From a virus (Duplodnaviria; Caudoviricetes), in IMG/VR virus record IMGVR_UViG_3300044627_002262, positions 1-62,281 of that record: a DNA stretch of 62,281 bases; one strand, 5' to 3'. How positions within the stretch are numbered: the stretch's first letter is position 1; every line of letters starts with the position of its first letter. Made by a program: the position numbers and the translations under genes. The notes beneath the pieces were generated by a model that was given only the letters and a program-made list of their open reading frames with translations, did no database searches and was not told the origin of the DNA. Below, piece by piece: positions 36,412 to 49,643 of this stretch.

Positions 36412-38904
36412 TTACAACGATGTTAAATTTGTTTTTGTAATTGCAGGGTCAATTGCTTTATTCGCGCCAACAGAAAATAACTCAAGAGTTCCAGCAATTC
36501 CACCATAAGTTATAGAATATGTAGCTGAAGATGGAGCAGTAATTGTTGTATTATACAATTTATTATTTCCTTGATTATATGGTTTTGCATTAGATATTCT
36601 ACAATTTGACATTACGACATTGCCTTGAAGCCCCACTTCTGGCATTTGTGTAAATGTAGACGGCCCTTCAAATATACAAGATGAAACTATGCAATTATTC
36701 GTGGAATATCCTTTAAAATTAATTCCTTGACCATTAGTATTTGTTTTAATATAACAACCGCGAATAACTCCGTCAACTCCTTGGTTAGCAATTCCGGCAT
36801 TCCAAGTGCAATTTATCATTGTTCCAACAAATCCACCTTGACCAGTAACTAAATCATACATTGGAACATCTGATTTACAATTTATCCATGTTCCTCGTAA
36901 TGTATAGCCACCTTGAGGGACGGTTGTTCCGCTTCCTTCTTTTGAGAAAATAACATTTTCAAAAAGATTTGTTCCTCCATTGCCACTCACTGAAATTGCA
37001 AACCCACCAGAACCAATAATGGTCATATTTTTAAATGTATAATACCCCTGTTCTCCATAAACCAAATCAACTGTTGGAGCGGTAGTGCATCGAATAATTG
37101 TGTCTTCTGCGTTTCCAGTTCCAATAAATGATTGGAATCCAACATTTGGCGTAATCCCAGAACCAAATCCACCTACTGGCAAATTGTATGTTCCCGGCCC
37201 GATAAATACTGTGAACTTATTTGTTGCAGATTTATTATTGTAAAATGGTTGAGAAATTGATGCAAACTGAACTGCCCTTGCTAATTGAAGTCCATTTTTT
37301 ACTGGATCAGAAAAATCAGCATTCACATACAAATCATTTTGGTAAAATGAATACCAATAATTTCTTACCCCATTTTCGTCTCTATTATTATCATCAAGCC
37401 ATGAACCAACATTGCCACCAAGGCAATTGTTGAAATTCATGTTGTTATAAAAAATATTGTCTTTAATTTGTGCAATATTGCAATTCCCAACAAAAATTGC
37501 ACTTCCGTTGTTTATTGTATTTGTATTTCCATTAAAGCAATAAATTGTATTTTTTTCAATAAGAAGATTATCAACCCCCTCAATTCTGGCAGCACCACCA
37601 CCACCAACATTTAACAACGGAACTTGGATTGTATTTTCAGAAATAATTATATTTGAAGTTTTATTACTTGGTGCGCTAAATGTTAAACCAATACTTCTTG
37701 AGCAATTCCTAAAAAAATTGTTTTTTACATAAAGATTTTTATTTATCCAACTATCACCATAAATGCCTTGAGCTAAATTAAGTAATGTATTTCCAGAAAC
37801 TTCAAGATGGTCATAATTTGCACCAAGAACTATTCCAAATCCACCAACATTTGTAAATGCAGACCCTTCAACTGCTGGGCCAATGCAAATATTGTTTTTG
37901 ATAATGCCATTTGAATCTTTAGGCGTAACACTCGGTGATCCATATCCATCTCCCCCAATTCCAATAAATGTAGCATATCCCGTTGCGCTATCCGCTCCGG
38001 GTTGCAGGTCTGAAACTATGCAATTTTGAATAATACATCCTCTATCCCCAATTAAACTTGGAATTGGATTAGGGTGATTTTCTCCCGAAGTAATAAACAA
38101 TGGGAATGCTTCGTATCCATTTGTTGCATCTCCTCCAAAATTGATTGCTCTAATTCTATCAATCATGCAGTTTCTTCCCATTAAAAAAACCGCTCCATTT
38201 TTACGCATTAACGCTTTAATGTTTTGCCAATTACAATCAATTGTTAAATTTGATACTGTCACATTATCTCCAATAATAGAAATAACAGAATAGCCCGGCC
38301 CAGCTACAGCTTCAGATGGAAGAGCTGAATTTACAATTTTAGTATTGTTAATTCCAGAGCCAATGACACTACAAAAATTAGGCCAAGTTGTATATTTTGT
38401 GTAATATGTCCCCGACAATAAAACAATAGTGCTATTTTGTGGCAATGTAGGAATCAAAGTGTCAAATTTTGATTCAGTCGAAGCATCATACGGATTGTTT
38501 ATTGTGCCATCACCAGCAATGCCGTCCGTTCGGGTAGAAAGATAAACTGTTAATGGTGCTTTGTAAAATCTATCCACCAACCTATACGATTGAGACGCGC
38601 CACTTGAAGTAAATTGGGTGTTCTCATTAAATGTAATTTCTCCATTAACAAAAGCATCAAAACAACGAATAATATAACACAATAGTCCCTCGCCTTCATT
38701 TCGAGGAATAGTTGGGATTTCAGCAGTGTTATTAGGATCACATGGGATATCCCAAACTACTCGACCATTGGTAACGCTTTTATTGATTGTTCCGTAAAGA
38801 GCGTAGACAAGATTGTCAATTAACGAAGGAACGGATTCCCTCGAAATTTGAGGATATGGAACATCTGGACATTCACTTGAGTTGTTATTACATCCGCATG
38901 ACAT
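36412..38904 (-). CDS. Tailspike with right-handed beta-helix (pectin-lyase-like) domains
   Basis: 830 aa; GDGTINNPY, GSGINNTKI, IIxNN beta-helix repeats; AT-rich. Confidence 0.8.
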   Translation of the reverse strand: MSCGCNNNSSECPDVPYPQISRESVPSLIDNLVYALYGTINKSVTNGRVVWDIPCDPNNTAEIPTIPRNEGEGLLCYIIRCFDAFVNGEITFNENTQFTSSGASQSYRLVDRFYKAPLTVYLSTRTDGIAGDGTINNPYDASTESKFDTLIPTLPQNSTIVLLSGTYYTKYTTWPNFCSVIGSGINNTKIVNSALPSEAVAGPGYSVISIIGDNVTVSNLTIDCNWQNIKALMRKNGAVFLMGRNCMIDRIRAINFGGDATNGYEAFPLFITSGENHPNPIPSLIGDRGCIIQNCIVSDLQPGADSATGYATFIGIGGDGYGSPSVTPKDSNGIIKNNICIGPAVEGSAFTNVGGFGIVLGANYDHLEVSGNTLLNLAQGIYGDSWINKNLYVKNNFFRNCSRSIGLTFSAPSNKTSNIIISENTIQVPLLNVGGGGAARIEGVDNLLIEKNTIYCFNGNTNTINNGSAIFVGNCNIAQIKDNIFYNNMNFNNCLGGNVGSWLDDNNRDENGVRNYWYSFYQNDLYVNADFSDPVKNGLQLARAVQFASISQPFYNNKSATNKFTVFIGPGTYNLPVGGFGSGITPNVGFQSFIGTGNAEDTIIRCTTAPTVDLVYGEQGYYTFKNMTIIGSGGFAISVSGNGGTNLFENVIFSKEGSGTTVPQGGYTLRGTWINCKSDVPMYDLVTGQGGFVGTMINCTWNAGIANQGVDGVIRGCYIKTNTNGQGINFKGYSTNNCIVSSCIFEGPSTFTQMPEVGLQGNVVMSNCRISNAKPYNQGNNKLYNTTITAPSSATYSITYGGIAGTLELFSVGANKAIDPAITKTNLTSL

Positions 38905-38953
38905 AATGTTTATTTTCTTTTAATGTTTGTTTATATTTGTGTCAAATTAATTT

Positions 38954-39781
38954 TTATGCTGTAGATAAAGAAACTACAACAAGAGAACTACCATTTGGCA
39001 CAGTTGAAATTGTTAATGTTCTTGGAGACACATTGTTTATAGTGTAATTTGCTGGGGCTTGAAAAATCCCATCAATTGTTACAATATACAGTGCAGAATT
39101 AAGGCTACCAGATGTATTTCCAGTTAGCGTCCAAGTTGTTGTTGATCCATTTCCAGCAAATGTCCAAACATTACCAGCATTAGACGGAGGAAGAACTCCA
39201 GTAGCACCCGTTGCACCTTGAATTCCGATTCCTGTTGCACCAGTACTTCCTTGAACTCCGATTCCAGTCGCACCTGTTGAACCTTGAATCCCTATACCAG
39301 TTGCGCCAGTGCTACCTTGGATTCCAGTCCCAGTTGCCCCAGTTGCACCTTGAATCCCAATCCCAGTCGCCCCAGTGCTACCTTGGATTCCAGTCCCAGT
39401 TGCCCCAGTACTGCCTTGCGTTCCAACACCTGTTGCGCCTGTTGAACCAATTCCTGTACTGCCAGTTGCGCCGACTAAACCTTGAATTCCTGTACTGCCA
39501 GTTGCGCCGACTAAACCTTGAATTCCGCTACTCCCAGTCGCTCCGACCAATCCTGTGCTTCCAGTCGCTCCGACTGGGCCGATATTTCCAGTTGCGCCTG
39601 TACTCCCGATTCCAGTAGCCCCAGTGCTGCCCTGTAAACCTGTTGCTCCGATTGGCCCAGTCGCGCCAACTGCTGCTGTATTAGCAATTGAATCCCAAGC
39701 AAATCCATTCCAACGCCAACCTTTAGCCCCAGCAAAAAATTCCTGCCCAATAAAAGGATTATCTGGAAAAACAATAGGCAT
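38954..39781 (-). CDS. Collagen-like fibre protein
   Basis: GATG/GSTG triplet repeats between an FPDNP..WRWNG..W head and a [18 protein letters not shown] tail. Confidence 0.85.
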   Translation of the reverse strand: MPIVFPDNPFIGQEFFAGAKGWRWNGFAWDSIANTAAVGATGPIGATGLQGSTGATGIGSTGATGNIGPVGATGSTGLVGATGSSGIQGLVGATGSTGIQGLVGATGSTGIGSTGATGVGTQGSTGATGTGIQGSTGATGIGIQGATGATGTGIQGSTGATGIGIQGSTGATGIGVQGSTGATGIGIQGATGATGVLPPSNAGNVWTFAGNGSTTTWTLTGNTSGSLNSALYIVTIDGIFQAPANYTINNVSPRTLTISTVPNGSSLVVVSLSTA

Positions 39782-39782
39782 A

Positions 39783-40325
39783 TTAAATATTTTCTACTAA
39801 AAGATAAGGGATTGTTTTTTGATTGTATCTTGCCATTTCAGAATAAACAAGATTTATAAATCCATTCCATTGTGGTGGATAGATTGTTTGACACCCAGCG
39901 GAACTGGTAGAGTTATAGCCTCCGCGATGAATGTTTATCGCAACTCCCATAGAGTCGCCTTCTTTGTCTCGCGTGACAGGCAACTCCTCTTTTGGGTTAG
40001 CAGGTCGTAGCGCAGGATAACCTCCATCGGGCTTGCTAATGCCATGATTGCCTTTTTTGAAGCGATGTACGCCAGTTTTAAGCACTGCAATGCCTTTTCG
40101 ATATACAGACGGGTCAGTATTCGCATTGAATGTAGCATGGACTGAAGGTGATAAAAGAATAATCGCATCATCATAAATTCCTCTATCGTTCTTTCCTTTG
40201 ATTCCCATCGAGTTGGCATAATATCCGCGAACTCCAACCAGAGCAACACGATCCTCAATCCCTGCGCGAATAGTCATCGCAAGAGTCTTTTCCTTTGCCT
40301 GCTGTGGTCGAGAATTCGGAACCAT
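39783..40325 (-). CDS. Putative endolysin (YkuD/L,D-transpeptidase-like)
   Basis: INIHRGG..SSAGCQT His/Cys motif; directly downstream of small membrane genes. Confidence 0.7.
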   Translation of the reverse strand: MVPNSRPQQAKEKTLAMTIRAGIEDRVALVGVRGYYANSMGIKGKNDRGIYDDAIILLSPSVHATFNANTDPSVYRKGIAVLKTGVHRFKKGNHGISKPDGGYPALRPANPKEELPVTRDKEGDSMGVAINIHRGGYNSTSSAGCQTIYPPQWNGFINLVYSEMARYNQKTIPYLLVENI

Positions 40326-40495
40326 TACTTGTTGCTATCTTTGGCAAGGATTAGACCAACCCCAGCAGTAACGGCAGCAAAAAGCAAGCCGATATCCCCG
40401 AAGTTTCCAGTTGTCAAAAATTCTTTACCTGCGTCAGAAACTGCTGCAAGAATCGTAAATACTCCGAGGAGCGTTGTTTTCCAATTAGTTTTCAT
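40325..40495 (-). CDS. Holin-like protein, 56 aa (not in ORF track)
   Basis: MKTNWKTTLLGVFTILAAVS..GLLFAAVTAGVGLILAKDSNK; two hydrophobic segments; stop overlaps the lysin ATG. Confidence 0.75.
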   Translation of the reverse strand: MKTNWKTTLLGVFTILAAVSDAGKEFLTTGNFGDIGLLFAAVTAGVGLILAKDSNK

Positions 40496-40650
40496 TTTTT
40501 TGTTCCTTTCGGTTCTGGCAGTTCATAAGTGATCCTGCCGTAATCTGTATGTAAAGAGATACCAAGTGTCTCGCACCCTGTCAAGAATGCCATTGCTAAA
40601 AATGCAAACGAGATCAAAACTAATCCAAGTGCGATTTTTTCTGGTCTCAT
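40492..40650 (-). CDS. Small lipoprotein, 52 aa (spanin-like; not in ORF track)
   Basis: MRPEKIALGLVLISFAFLAMAFLTGC lipobox; ATGA overlaps on both sides. Confidence 0.7.
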   Translation of the reverse strand: MRPEKIALGLVLISFAFLAMAFLTGCETLGISLHTDYGRITYELPEPKGTKK

Positions 40651-40823
40651 TGTTTGCGAATTTTATTGAACATATAAACGATGGTTAAGATTCCCGCAAC
40701 CAACGAAACAAATAATCCACCAAGGCGTAACCCTGTTTCAATGTGCGGCATCAGACTAACCATGAACCCAGTAAAACTGGTTGTTGTTCCTAAAATGCCT
40801 GTAAATGTTGCGTTGTCGTTCAT
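40647..40823 (-). CDS. Small membrane protein, 58 aa (holin-like; not in ORF track)
   Basis: MNDNATFTGILG..LGGLFVSLVAGILTIVYMFNKIRKQ; ATGA overlaps. Confidence 0.7.
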   Translation of the reverse strand: MNDNATFTGILGTTTSFTGFMVSLMPHIETGLRLGGLFVSLVAGILTIVYMFNKIRKQ

Positions 40824-41005
40824 TGTGCGTTAATTAAAGATAGTTTTGCTTCTGCCTTGGAATCAAACCAATACCATCCATCGATAGGATATGTATGTTG
40901 ATCGTGCGTTTCTTTGCGGAGTTCATAGTTTTTATTCAGCACAAAATTAGGCCCGTAAATCAACTCGCCATTTTCCTCTTTGTAAAATCCAGATGTGTCT
41001 TCCAT
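40820..41005 (-). CDS. Small protein downstream of the BspA-like gene
   Basis: Start reassigned to MEDTSGFYK; YPIDGWYWFDS. Confidence 0.65.
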   Translation of the reverse strand: MEDTSGFYKEENGELIYGPNFVLNKNYELRKETHDQHTYPIDGWYWFDSKAEAKLSLINAQ

Positions 41006-41010
41006 AAAAA

Positions 41011-42137
41011 TTATCCTACAACAGTCCAATTTTTTGCTGTTGCAATTGCAGGGTTGTCGGTCGCTATGCCGTAGTTGCCCGTGACAGTTATAGTTTGTGT
41101 TGGTAGCGCAGTTAAATCAGCAAGGTTAGTGTAAATCTCGTTAAGATTTGTTGCGCTTAAAGCGCAATTTGCGAATGAAACAGTGCTTTTTATTCCTGTT
41201 GCTTGGCAACGCTTCAGCCCGTTGCAATTTATTGCAAATGAAATTATACTTGTTGCACTTGAGCAATTAAGGTTAGGGATGCTTTGAAGCGATCTACAAG
41301 CATTAAACATACTAGTCATGTTTGTTACAGCAGAAGTATTAAATAAAGGAACACTCTGAAGTGCAGAGCAAGCTTGAAACATATTGCTCATGTTTGTTAC
41401 AGCAATAGTATTAAATGATGGAACACTCTGAAGTGCGGCGCAAGCTTGAAACATACTAGCCATGTTTGTTACAGCAGAAGTATTAAATAAAGGAACACTC
41501 TGAAGTGCGGCGCAAGCTTGAAACATACTAGCCATGTTTGTTACAGCAGCAGTGTTAAATGATGGAACACTCTGAAGTGCAGAGCAACCAGAAAACAAAT
41601 TAGTCATGTTTGTCGCATTGTGCGAAAGAATAGTGCATTGCTCAAGAAGTCTAAGATTTCCTATTGTTCCACCAATTAGCCATGTCGTGCAGCTAGGAGC
41701 GGATAAAGTAATTTCAAGAATTGGCGTAGTGTATGTTGTCGCGCCAAGTGACGAATGCTTAAAATCAAATGATATAGATGTAAGATTTCGCCCCGCTTGC
41801 GGCGTAATCACAATCATTGCCTGCCGCATTTTAGAACCAACAGGCCCAATCTCTGTTGATGCAGAGAGGCTACTAAACAAATAGTTATGCTCTGCCGTAA
41901 CTCCAGCAGCAACATTTTCAATATTACCATCACCCCAATCAACTGTGTAGTTTCCAGAAAAACGGAACGCAACAAAATTGCTGTCGTTATCTCCCACAAG
42001 AAAAAGCGCGGCTACTTTTTGTTCTGTTGAGATAATTGTCGGCATGGCAATCCAATCACTGGGGCGAGTCCACCATGTAGTGGCTCCGCTGGAAATGAGA
42101 ATGTTGCCAAGGTATATTTTTCCAGTAGTTGTGGGCA

Positions 42138-42138
<1 letters not shown>
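41011..42138 (-). CDS. BspA/DUF285-like leucine-rich-repeat surface protein
   Basis: YTVDWGDG; 24-aa repeats NMxxMFxxCxALQSVPxFNTxAVT. Confidence 0.85.
41280..41612. repeat. 72-bp coding tandem repeat (about 4.5 units)
   Basis: CATGTTTGTTACAGCA at 41317, 41389, 41461 and 41533. Confidence 0.9.
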
Positions 42139-44720
<2,582 letters not shown>

Positions 44721-44740
44721 AGCAGCAATAAACTGATGAA

Positions 44741-44766
44741 GTGGCAGGGTCGTTTGACCCTGCCAC
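44741..44766 (-). terminator. Hairpin after the major capsid gene (probable terminator/attenuator)
   Basis: Perfect 11-bp stem GTGGCAGGGTC-AAAC-GACCCTGCCAC followed by TTCATCAGTTT. Confidence 0.7.
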
Positions 44767-44782
44767 CGATATCAATTCACTA

Positions 44783-45991
44783 TTACAGTCCTGTCGCACC
44801 TGTTGGGCAGGCGAGAGGCATACCATCAAATGGGCAACGCTTATAAACAATCGCGCAAACATTCTGCGGACGAATAGGTTGGATTGCTCGTTGAATTTGA
44901 TAAATATGCTGACCGAAATCTCCGTACAAGTTGCAATCATTGTCTCGGAAATATGTCCATTCCAGTTCACCCATAGCGAGTTGCGGGGCGAAACGGAATG
45001 TACCTTCGCCAGTGTAGGATTCAGGAACGAGACGCTTGAACGCTTCGCCAGCAACGACGAACATCACTTCGTAAGGTGCGCTCACCCATGCTGGGTTGCG
45101 GCGTTGACCGAAACCATTGGTGACAGTGGCAGCAATGGTTGGGTTGACGAGAATCAGATTGCCAGAACCATCGAAACCAGTAGCGCGAAGAGGTTGTTGG
45201 TCGATGCCAAAAGCGAAACCACGATACCCTTGGAACTGGTAACCAGAGATGCTCTGTTCACCAAGTTTGAACTGACCAGTAGTAAGACCGATCAAGTCTT
45301 CTTTCACATCCGCATCGTTGCGGAATGCTTCGATCTGGTCGGCAGATGCCATAACCTGAAAGAAGTCGCCTTCCGAGGTTGCAAAAGGTTCAGCAAGCAT
45401 TTCCTCGCGCAAGAACGAACCGATCTTGTAAAGGGTCTTGAAGTTCATCTGCGCGTTTGGAACGGAACCTGCCGCCCAAGGTGCGCCGAGAACCTGCATA
45501 TCACCCGACAAGTTAGCCGAGAAAGACTTGGTATTATCAACAACGAATTTGATACCACTTTGCAGCAAGTATTGGTAACGAATATCGGCGTTGATAATTT
45601 GAAGGATGGTCTTCTCCAGAGCAATTTGAGCCTGAAGATAGCTACCTTTAAATGCCGTACGGGCTTGCTTCACGCAAACGCGAGGCCCAGCACCACGCAG
45701 GGTCTGAAGTTGGAAGGTGTACTCGGTCGTGCCAACTCGGTCAGGAGTCGCGCCAACACCGCACATTGTGGTGTCGTTGACAAACTGCGGAGCAGCAAGC
45801 GAAGCGTTAGGTACTGCCATTTCCTCGACGACAGAACGCACAACATCCGAAACATTCGGAATAGTGCCGCCATCAATTGAGTTAATGTAAGGAGATTTAC
45901 GAGCAAGAACTCGTCCGATTTGACCGATGATTCGGTTAGTGTCTTTTGAGGCGAAGTTTTGGATAGTCGCCAATGGGATACAATCTGCCAT
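44783..45991 (-). CDS. Major capsid protein (probable)
   Basis: 402 aa; downstream of the scaffold-like gene, long leader, strong 3' hairpin; call rests on synteny. Confidence 0.75.
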   Translation of the reverse strand: MADCIPLATIQNFASKDTNRIIGQIGRVLARKSPYINSIDGGTIPNVSDVVRSVVEEMAVPNASLAAPQFVNDTTMCGVGATPDRVGTTEYTFQLQTLRGAGPRVCVKQARTAFKGSYLQAQIALEKTILQIINADIRYQYLLQSGIKFVVDNTKSFSANLSGDMQVLGAPWAAGSVPNAQMNFKTLYKIGSFLREEMLAEPFATSEGDFFQVMASADQIEAFRNDADVKEDLIGLTTGQFKLGEQSISGYQFQGYRGFAFGIDQQPLRATGFDGSGNLILVNPTIAATVTNGFGQRRNPAWVSAPYEVMFVVAGEAFKRLVPESYTGEGTFRFAPQLAMGELEWTYFRDNDCNLYGDFGQHIYQIQRAIQPIRPQNVCAIVYKRCPFDGMPLACPTGATGL

Positions 45992-46251
45992 AATTTTGGT
46001 TTTCTAATTTAGTTTTGTTGTGATTTTTGCCCTGTAATCACACACTAAAAATTAGAATGCGACACAAAGCGGTTAAGTCTTTTTAAAGACGAAATTTTTT
46101 TGTTTCGCACCAAGCCGAGAGTGCTTTTTTTGCGGCTATTTAATTGGTTTTTAAGTCCAATAAAACTTCCCAAAATTACGGATTTGGTTTCCCGAATGTG
46201 ATAATCCATACGATAGACAAATTTCAATGTCAACTGCTTTTTTAAAAAAAT

Positions 46252-46836
46252 TTATTTAAGCAGTGAATGCATTATTTCAGCCTTTGACTTTCCAATCTCA
46301 AATTGTGGATGAACCAGCATCTGGTCTACATCTGCGGACGAATTCACGCAGTTAAAAATATCGAATTCGCTTTTGATTTCCTGACCAATATTTATGTCTT
46401 CTGAAATAAAAGTTGCGATACAACTTCTGCACATCTCTTCATTTGCGTATACCAAAAAAGACTTTTTATCTCCGATTAAAACGAGTGACTTTTTTTCAAA
46501 GTTCTCTGCATCTGATTTTGTAAAACCACAATTGACTACATCGTACTCTGATAACCATCCACCTCCTGCTGCATGAAGCGCACACCACTTAACAAAACGG
46601 ATGATAATTTTTTGAAAATTATTCTGATCTGCGATTGATAATTCAGGTGCTACGCGAAGGATTTTAGCAACTAATTTTTGGAAAAGTGGACTGCCTTTTG
46701 CATGGCTATTATTAAGCATGATTGGTTCCCATCCATGCCGTTCCCAAGACGCTTTCCAAGCATTTGCTCGGCTAAATTCTTCCTCCTGCCTGCGAGTCGG
46801 AATTGATTCATAGTATGAATAGATTTTTGGTTTCAT
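46252..46836 (-). CDS. GT-A glycosyltransferase-like protein (GT32/Och1-like)
   Basis: KIYSYY..SWERHGWEPIML..ALHAAGGGWLSEYD (DxD-like). Confidence 0.55.
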   Translation of the reverse strand: MKPKIYSYYESIPTRRQEEEFSRANAWKASWERHGWEPIMLNNSHAKGSPLFQKLVAKILRVAPELSIADQNNFQKIIIRFVKWCALHAAGGGWLSEYDVVNCGFTKSDAENFEKKSLVLIGDKKSFLVYANEEMCRSCIATFISEDINIGQEIKSEFDIFNCVNSSADVDQMLVHPQFEIGKSKAEIMHSLLK

Positions 46837-47867
46837 TAATATGTTTTGTAGCCTACATGAAACACTGGAGTGCCAAGGTCAATATGCGGTTGATGACCTG
46901 CTTTCTTTGCTCGATAACAAAATGATATGTCCTCACCAACATGGCCCTGCATTGGCAGAAAATAATCAAACGGATTTTCTGGATTATCTGTTTTTAATTC
47001 AGGGAATGTTTTTTGGATATCTTCAAAAACACTGCGATGAATTAATAGGCATCCCGTGCCGATCCAGTCCACTGGCGCGATGATGTCATGGTAGTCTCTG
47101 GCAGCAGAAACTAATCCTTGATCGCTACACATCAATCGCGCGCCTTCCTGACGACCAAAATAAGCACCCCCGATTAGTGTTTTGTTTGAATTCAAAAGTC
47201 GGTGAATGATGTGCCTCTGGAGCGGAAGATCAGCGACATTTTGAGCCGAATGAACTGTTGCTCTCATCCACGCTGGGCGACCAATGCATGGGATGATGTC
47301 GTCGTCCATCATCAGCAGGTATTTTGCGTCTGTCTGAAGGAATTTTTCAGCCAACTTGTTTCTGGAATGATAAACCATTGCGTCACCGATTGACATATCG
47401 AATCGGATTTTGTCGCGACCAAAGTCGAGTGCCATCGCGATCATAGCGAATGCAGTTACTGGGTTTGTTGTCTTGTAACAAGGGTAAGCCACCATGATGT
47501 CGCGGCCTGAAAATTCTGCGCGATAGGAAGGCATACCTTCGCTATTCCGCGATTCTGTGACCAAATCAGCGGGGTTTGGTGCTGGACATGGAGGAATATC
47601 GTTTGGACGCAATTCTTGCACAGGTTCAGCAACGGGTTCTGGCACATTCTCCAGTGCCTTGGCTTTTACTTTCGGCTTTTTCTTTTCTTTGACTTCTGCT
47701 TTCTGTGATTTTTTCACAACATCAGCGGGATCGTCGAGGTGCGAAAAATCTCTTTGCTGGAAGGGGGTTTTAGGTAGCGACTGAGAAAGTTGCCCCGGTC
47801 TTGCAAAAGGGTCGTTTTGCTCCAGTGCAATTTGTGTGATGCGTTCGTCTGGTGACAATTTATTCAT
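46836..47867 (-). CDS. Glycosyltransferase family 2-like protein
   Basis: SRN..YLLMMDDD..GTGCLLIHRSVFE..GEDISFC..H. Confidence 0.85.
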   Translation of the reverse strand: MNKLSPDERITQIALEQNDPFARPGQLSQSLPKTPFQQRDFSHLDDPADVVKKSQKAEVKEKKKPKVKAKALENVPEPVAEPVQELRPNDIPPCPAPNPADLVTESRNSEGMPSYRAEFSGRDIMVAYPCYKTTNPVTAFAMIAMALDFGRDKIRFDMSIGDAMVYHSRNKLAEKFLQTDAKYLLMMDDDIIPCIGRPAWMRATVHSAQNVADLPLQRHIIHRLLNSNKTLIGGAYFGRQEGARLMCSDQGLVSAARDYHDIIAPVDWIGTGCLLIHRSVFEDIQKTFPELKTDNPENPFDYFLPMQGHVGEDISFCYRAKKAGHQPHIDLGTPVFHVGYKTY

Positions 47868-47888
47868 AAGATAATATTTTTTAGTTTA

Positions 47889-49133
47889 TTAATTTCCTGC
47901 TTCATCAAGACCGAGGTCGATTGCATCCGCAGATGACATTTTAAGCCTGTCAGATACACTGGATACTTTGTTACTCGATGCAGTTGCAAGATTCTGCCGA
48001 GGCATTCTGCCTGCTCCCTTCAGACGATTGTTTTCGTCAGAAAGTTGTTTAATTTGCGCCTCCATCCGTTGCCGTGCTGTCTGTTCTGTTCGCAATTGAT
48101 TGGTCAGCATATGCGACATTGCTGCTGCCGCCGCAACATCTGCCCGTGCCTGTGGAGTTTGCGGGTACATTGCCCCATAGAACAACTCTTCCAACTGTGC
48201 TGCCTGCGCGTTGTGCGATTCAATCGCTTTGCGTTGCTCTGGAGTTGCGCCAGCAGGAATTTCTTTTGGCAATGCCCAGTCGGCATTCTGCGCTTTAATT
48301 TGCTCCTGAATGTAGTTAATCGATTCCTGATCTTGTTGGGTGAATCTCTCAACAAGTGCCTCGTCTCGTTGCTGGTAATACTGTGATGCATTTGCGGCAG
48401 AATGCTGGATTTCTGCAATTCGTTTTTCGCTCAATTCCGCAATATCAACAATTCCACGCTTCAAACGCTCCGCATCTGTCAATGGCAGCTTGTTAAGTGT
48501 ACTCATCCACCACTTTTGATTAACTTTATCAGGCCCACCTTGTGCCTCGATGCTCTGCAATAGTTCATCGCTTGCACCATGTTGTTTCATAATGCCATAA
48601 ATGTTTGCTTTTGCTTGATTTATTGGCACATCGTACTTGTTTTGGAAGTCTGGATCACTCTGGATGTCAAACAATGCGCGGAATTTCCGCAAATCCTCAT
48701 AATCTGCTGGCGCAGGTGGTTTTTGCTCGTATTCTTGGAGTTTTTGGCGCAAAGATTCCGCTTCCTGCGCCTGTTTTTTGTAAACGCTGGCAGTTTCTTG
48801 CAATTTTCTCCAGTTTGACTGGTTTTTCTCGCTCAAATTGCGAGGTTGCTCGATTTGTTGAATTTCTGGGTCGATTTCGACCTGCGGAATCACTGGTTCC
48901 TGTGGAATTTCAGCCTGTGGAGCAGGTTCTTGAACTTGCTCTTGCGGTATTTCCTCTGGTTGCTCTGGAGTTTCCTCCTGAACCTCTTCCTGCACGGGTT
49001 CATCGCCATCCATTGCGGCATCAAGAGCGGCATCGATGGCATTTTCTGTATCTTCATCGATTGGATCAGCATCCAATGATGGGTTCCCGTGTCCAGTTAC
49101 TGGCAATTCTTCTTTTTCGAGTGTATCTTCCAT
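47889..49133 (-). CDS. Capsid scaffolding protein (probable)
   Basis: 414 aa; acidic N-terminus and coiled coils; lies between portal and capsid genes. Confidence 0.65.
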   Translation of the reverse strand: MEDTLEKEELPVTGHGNPSLDADPIDEDTENAIDAALDAAMDGDEPVQEEVQEETPEQPEEIPQEQVQEPAPQAEIPQEPVIPQVEIDPEIQQIEQPRNLSEKNQSNWRKLQETASVYKKQAQEAESLRQKLQEYEQKPPAPADYEDLRKFRALFDIQSDPDFQNKYDVPINQAKANIYGIMKQHGASDELLQSIEAQGGPDKVNQKWWMSTLNKLPLTDAERLKRGIVDIAELSEKRIAEIQHSAANASQYYQQRDEALVERFTQQDQESINYIQEQIKAQNADWALPKEIPAGATPEQRKAIESHNAQAAQLEELFYGAMYPQTPQARADVAAAAAMSHMLTNQLRTEQTARQRMEAQIKQLSDENNRLKGAGRMPRQNLATASSNKVSSVSDRLKMSSADAIDLGLDEAGN

Positions 49134-49195
49134 ATTTATATTAAGTTATAGTGATGTATAGCGAGTTTAGTGTATAAGTTGATAAACTATTTATA

Positions 49196-49456
49196 TTATT
49201 TCATTGATTTACTGCCTCGGCACTTCCATTTTTTCCGAGACAAATTGTTTGGAGAGTTAGGATCAGACTTCCAATCGCCTTTAATTTTGGCAGATCGGGC
49301 GCAGTACGCATCCCCCTTGGCAGTACCGGGTCGAATCCGTTTGCCGCCATCCTTCGCCTTGCCTGCCTGCCCGTAAGAAACCTTTCGAGTCCTGCCAGTC
49401 ATTGCATTTTTTACGATTTTAACGGACGCTTTTCCTGCTGCTGGTTTTGCTTTCAT
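49196..49456 (-). CDS. Small basic conserved phage protein
   Basis: VSYGQAG..KGDAYCARS..SRKKWKC. Confidence 0.75.
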   Translation of the reverse strand: MKAKPAAGKASVKIVKNAMTGRTRKVSYGQAGKAKDGGKRIRPGTAKGDAYCARSAKIKGDWKSDPNSPNNLSRKKWKCRGSKSMK

Positions 49457-49640
49457 TTTTTACAGGTTTTTTCTTTGCGGTTTTTTCCGATTGTTTAAAT
49501 GCCTTGGCAGTGGGTGCGCCTTTACTACCAACCTTACGCATTTTCTCTCCGCTACCAGCAGCAATACGCTTGCGCTTTGCATTAATGTTGGCGTAGAGAC
49601 CGACTACTTTTGCCGACGATGGTTTCTTTTTTATTTTCAT
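49419..49640 (-). CDS. Small basic conserved phage protein
   Basis: GLYANINAKRKRIAAGSGEKMRKVGSKGAPT. Confidence 0.75.
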   Translation of the reverse strand: MKIKKKPSSAKVVGLYANINAKRKRIAAGSGEKMRKVGSKGAPTAKAFKQSEKTAKKKPVKNESKTSSRKSVR

Positions 49641-49643
49641 ATT

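Noticed and set aside
44741-45880. 379-aa plus-strand ORF
   Set aside because: Antisense shadow of the capsid gene, starting inside the terminator hairpin; no recognisable motifs
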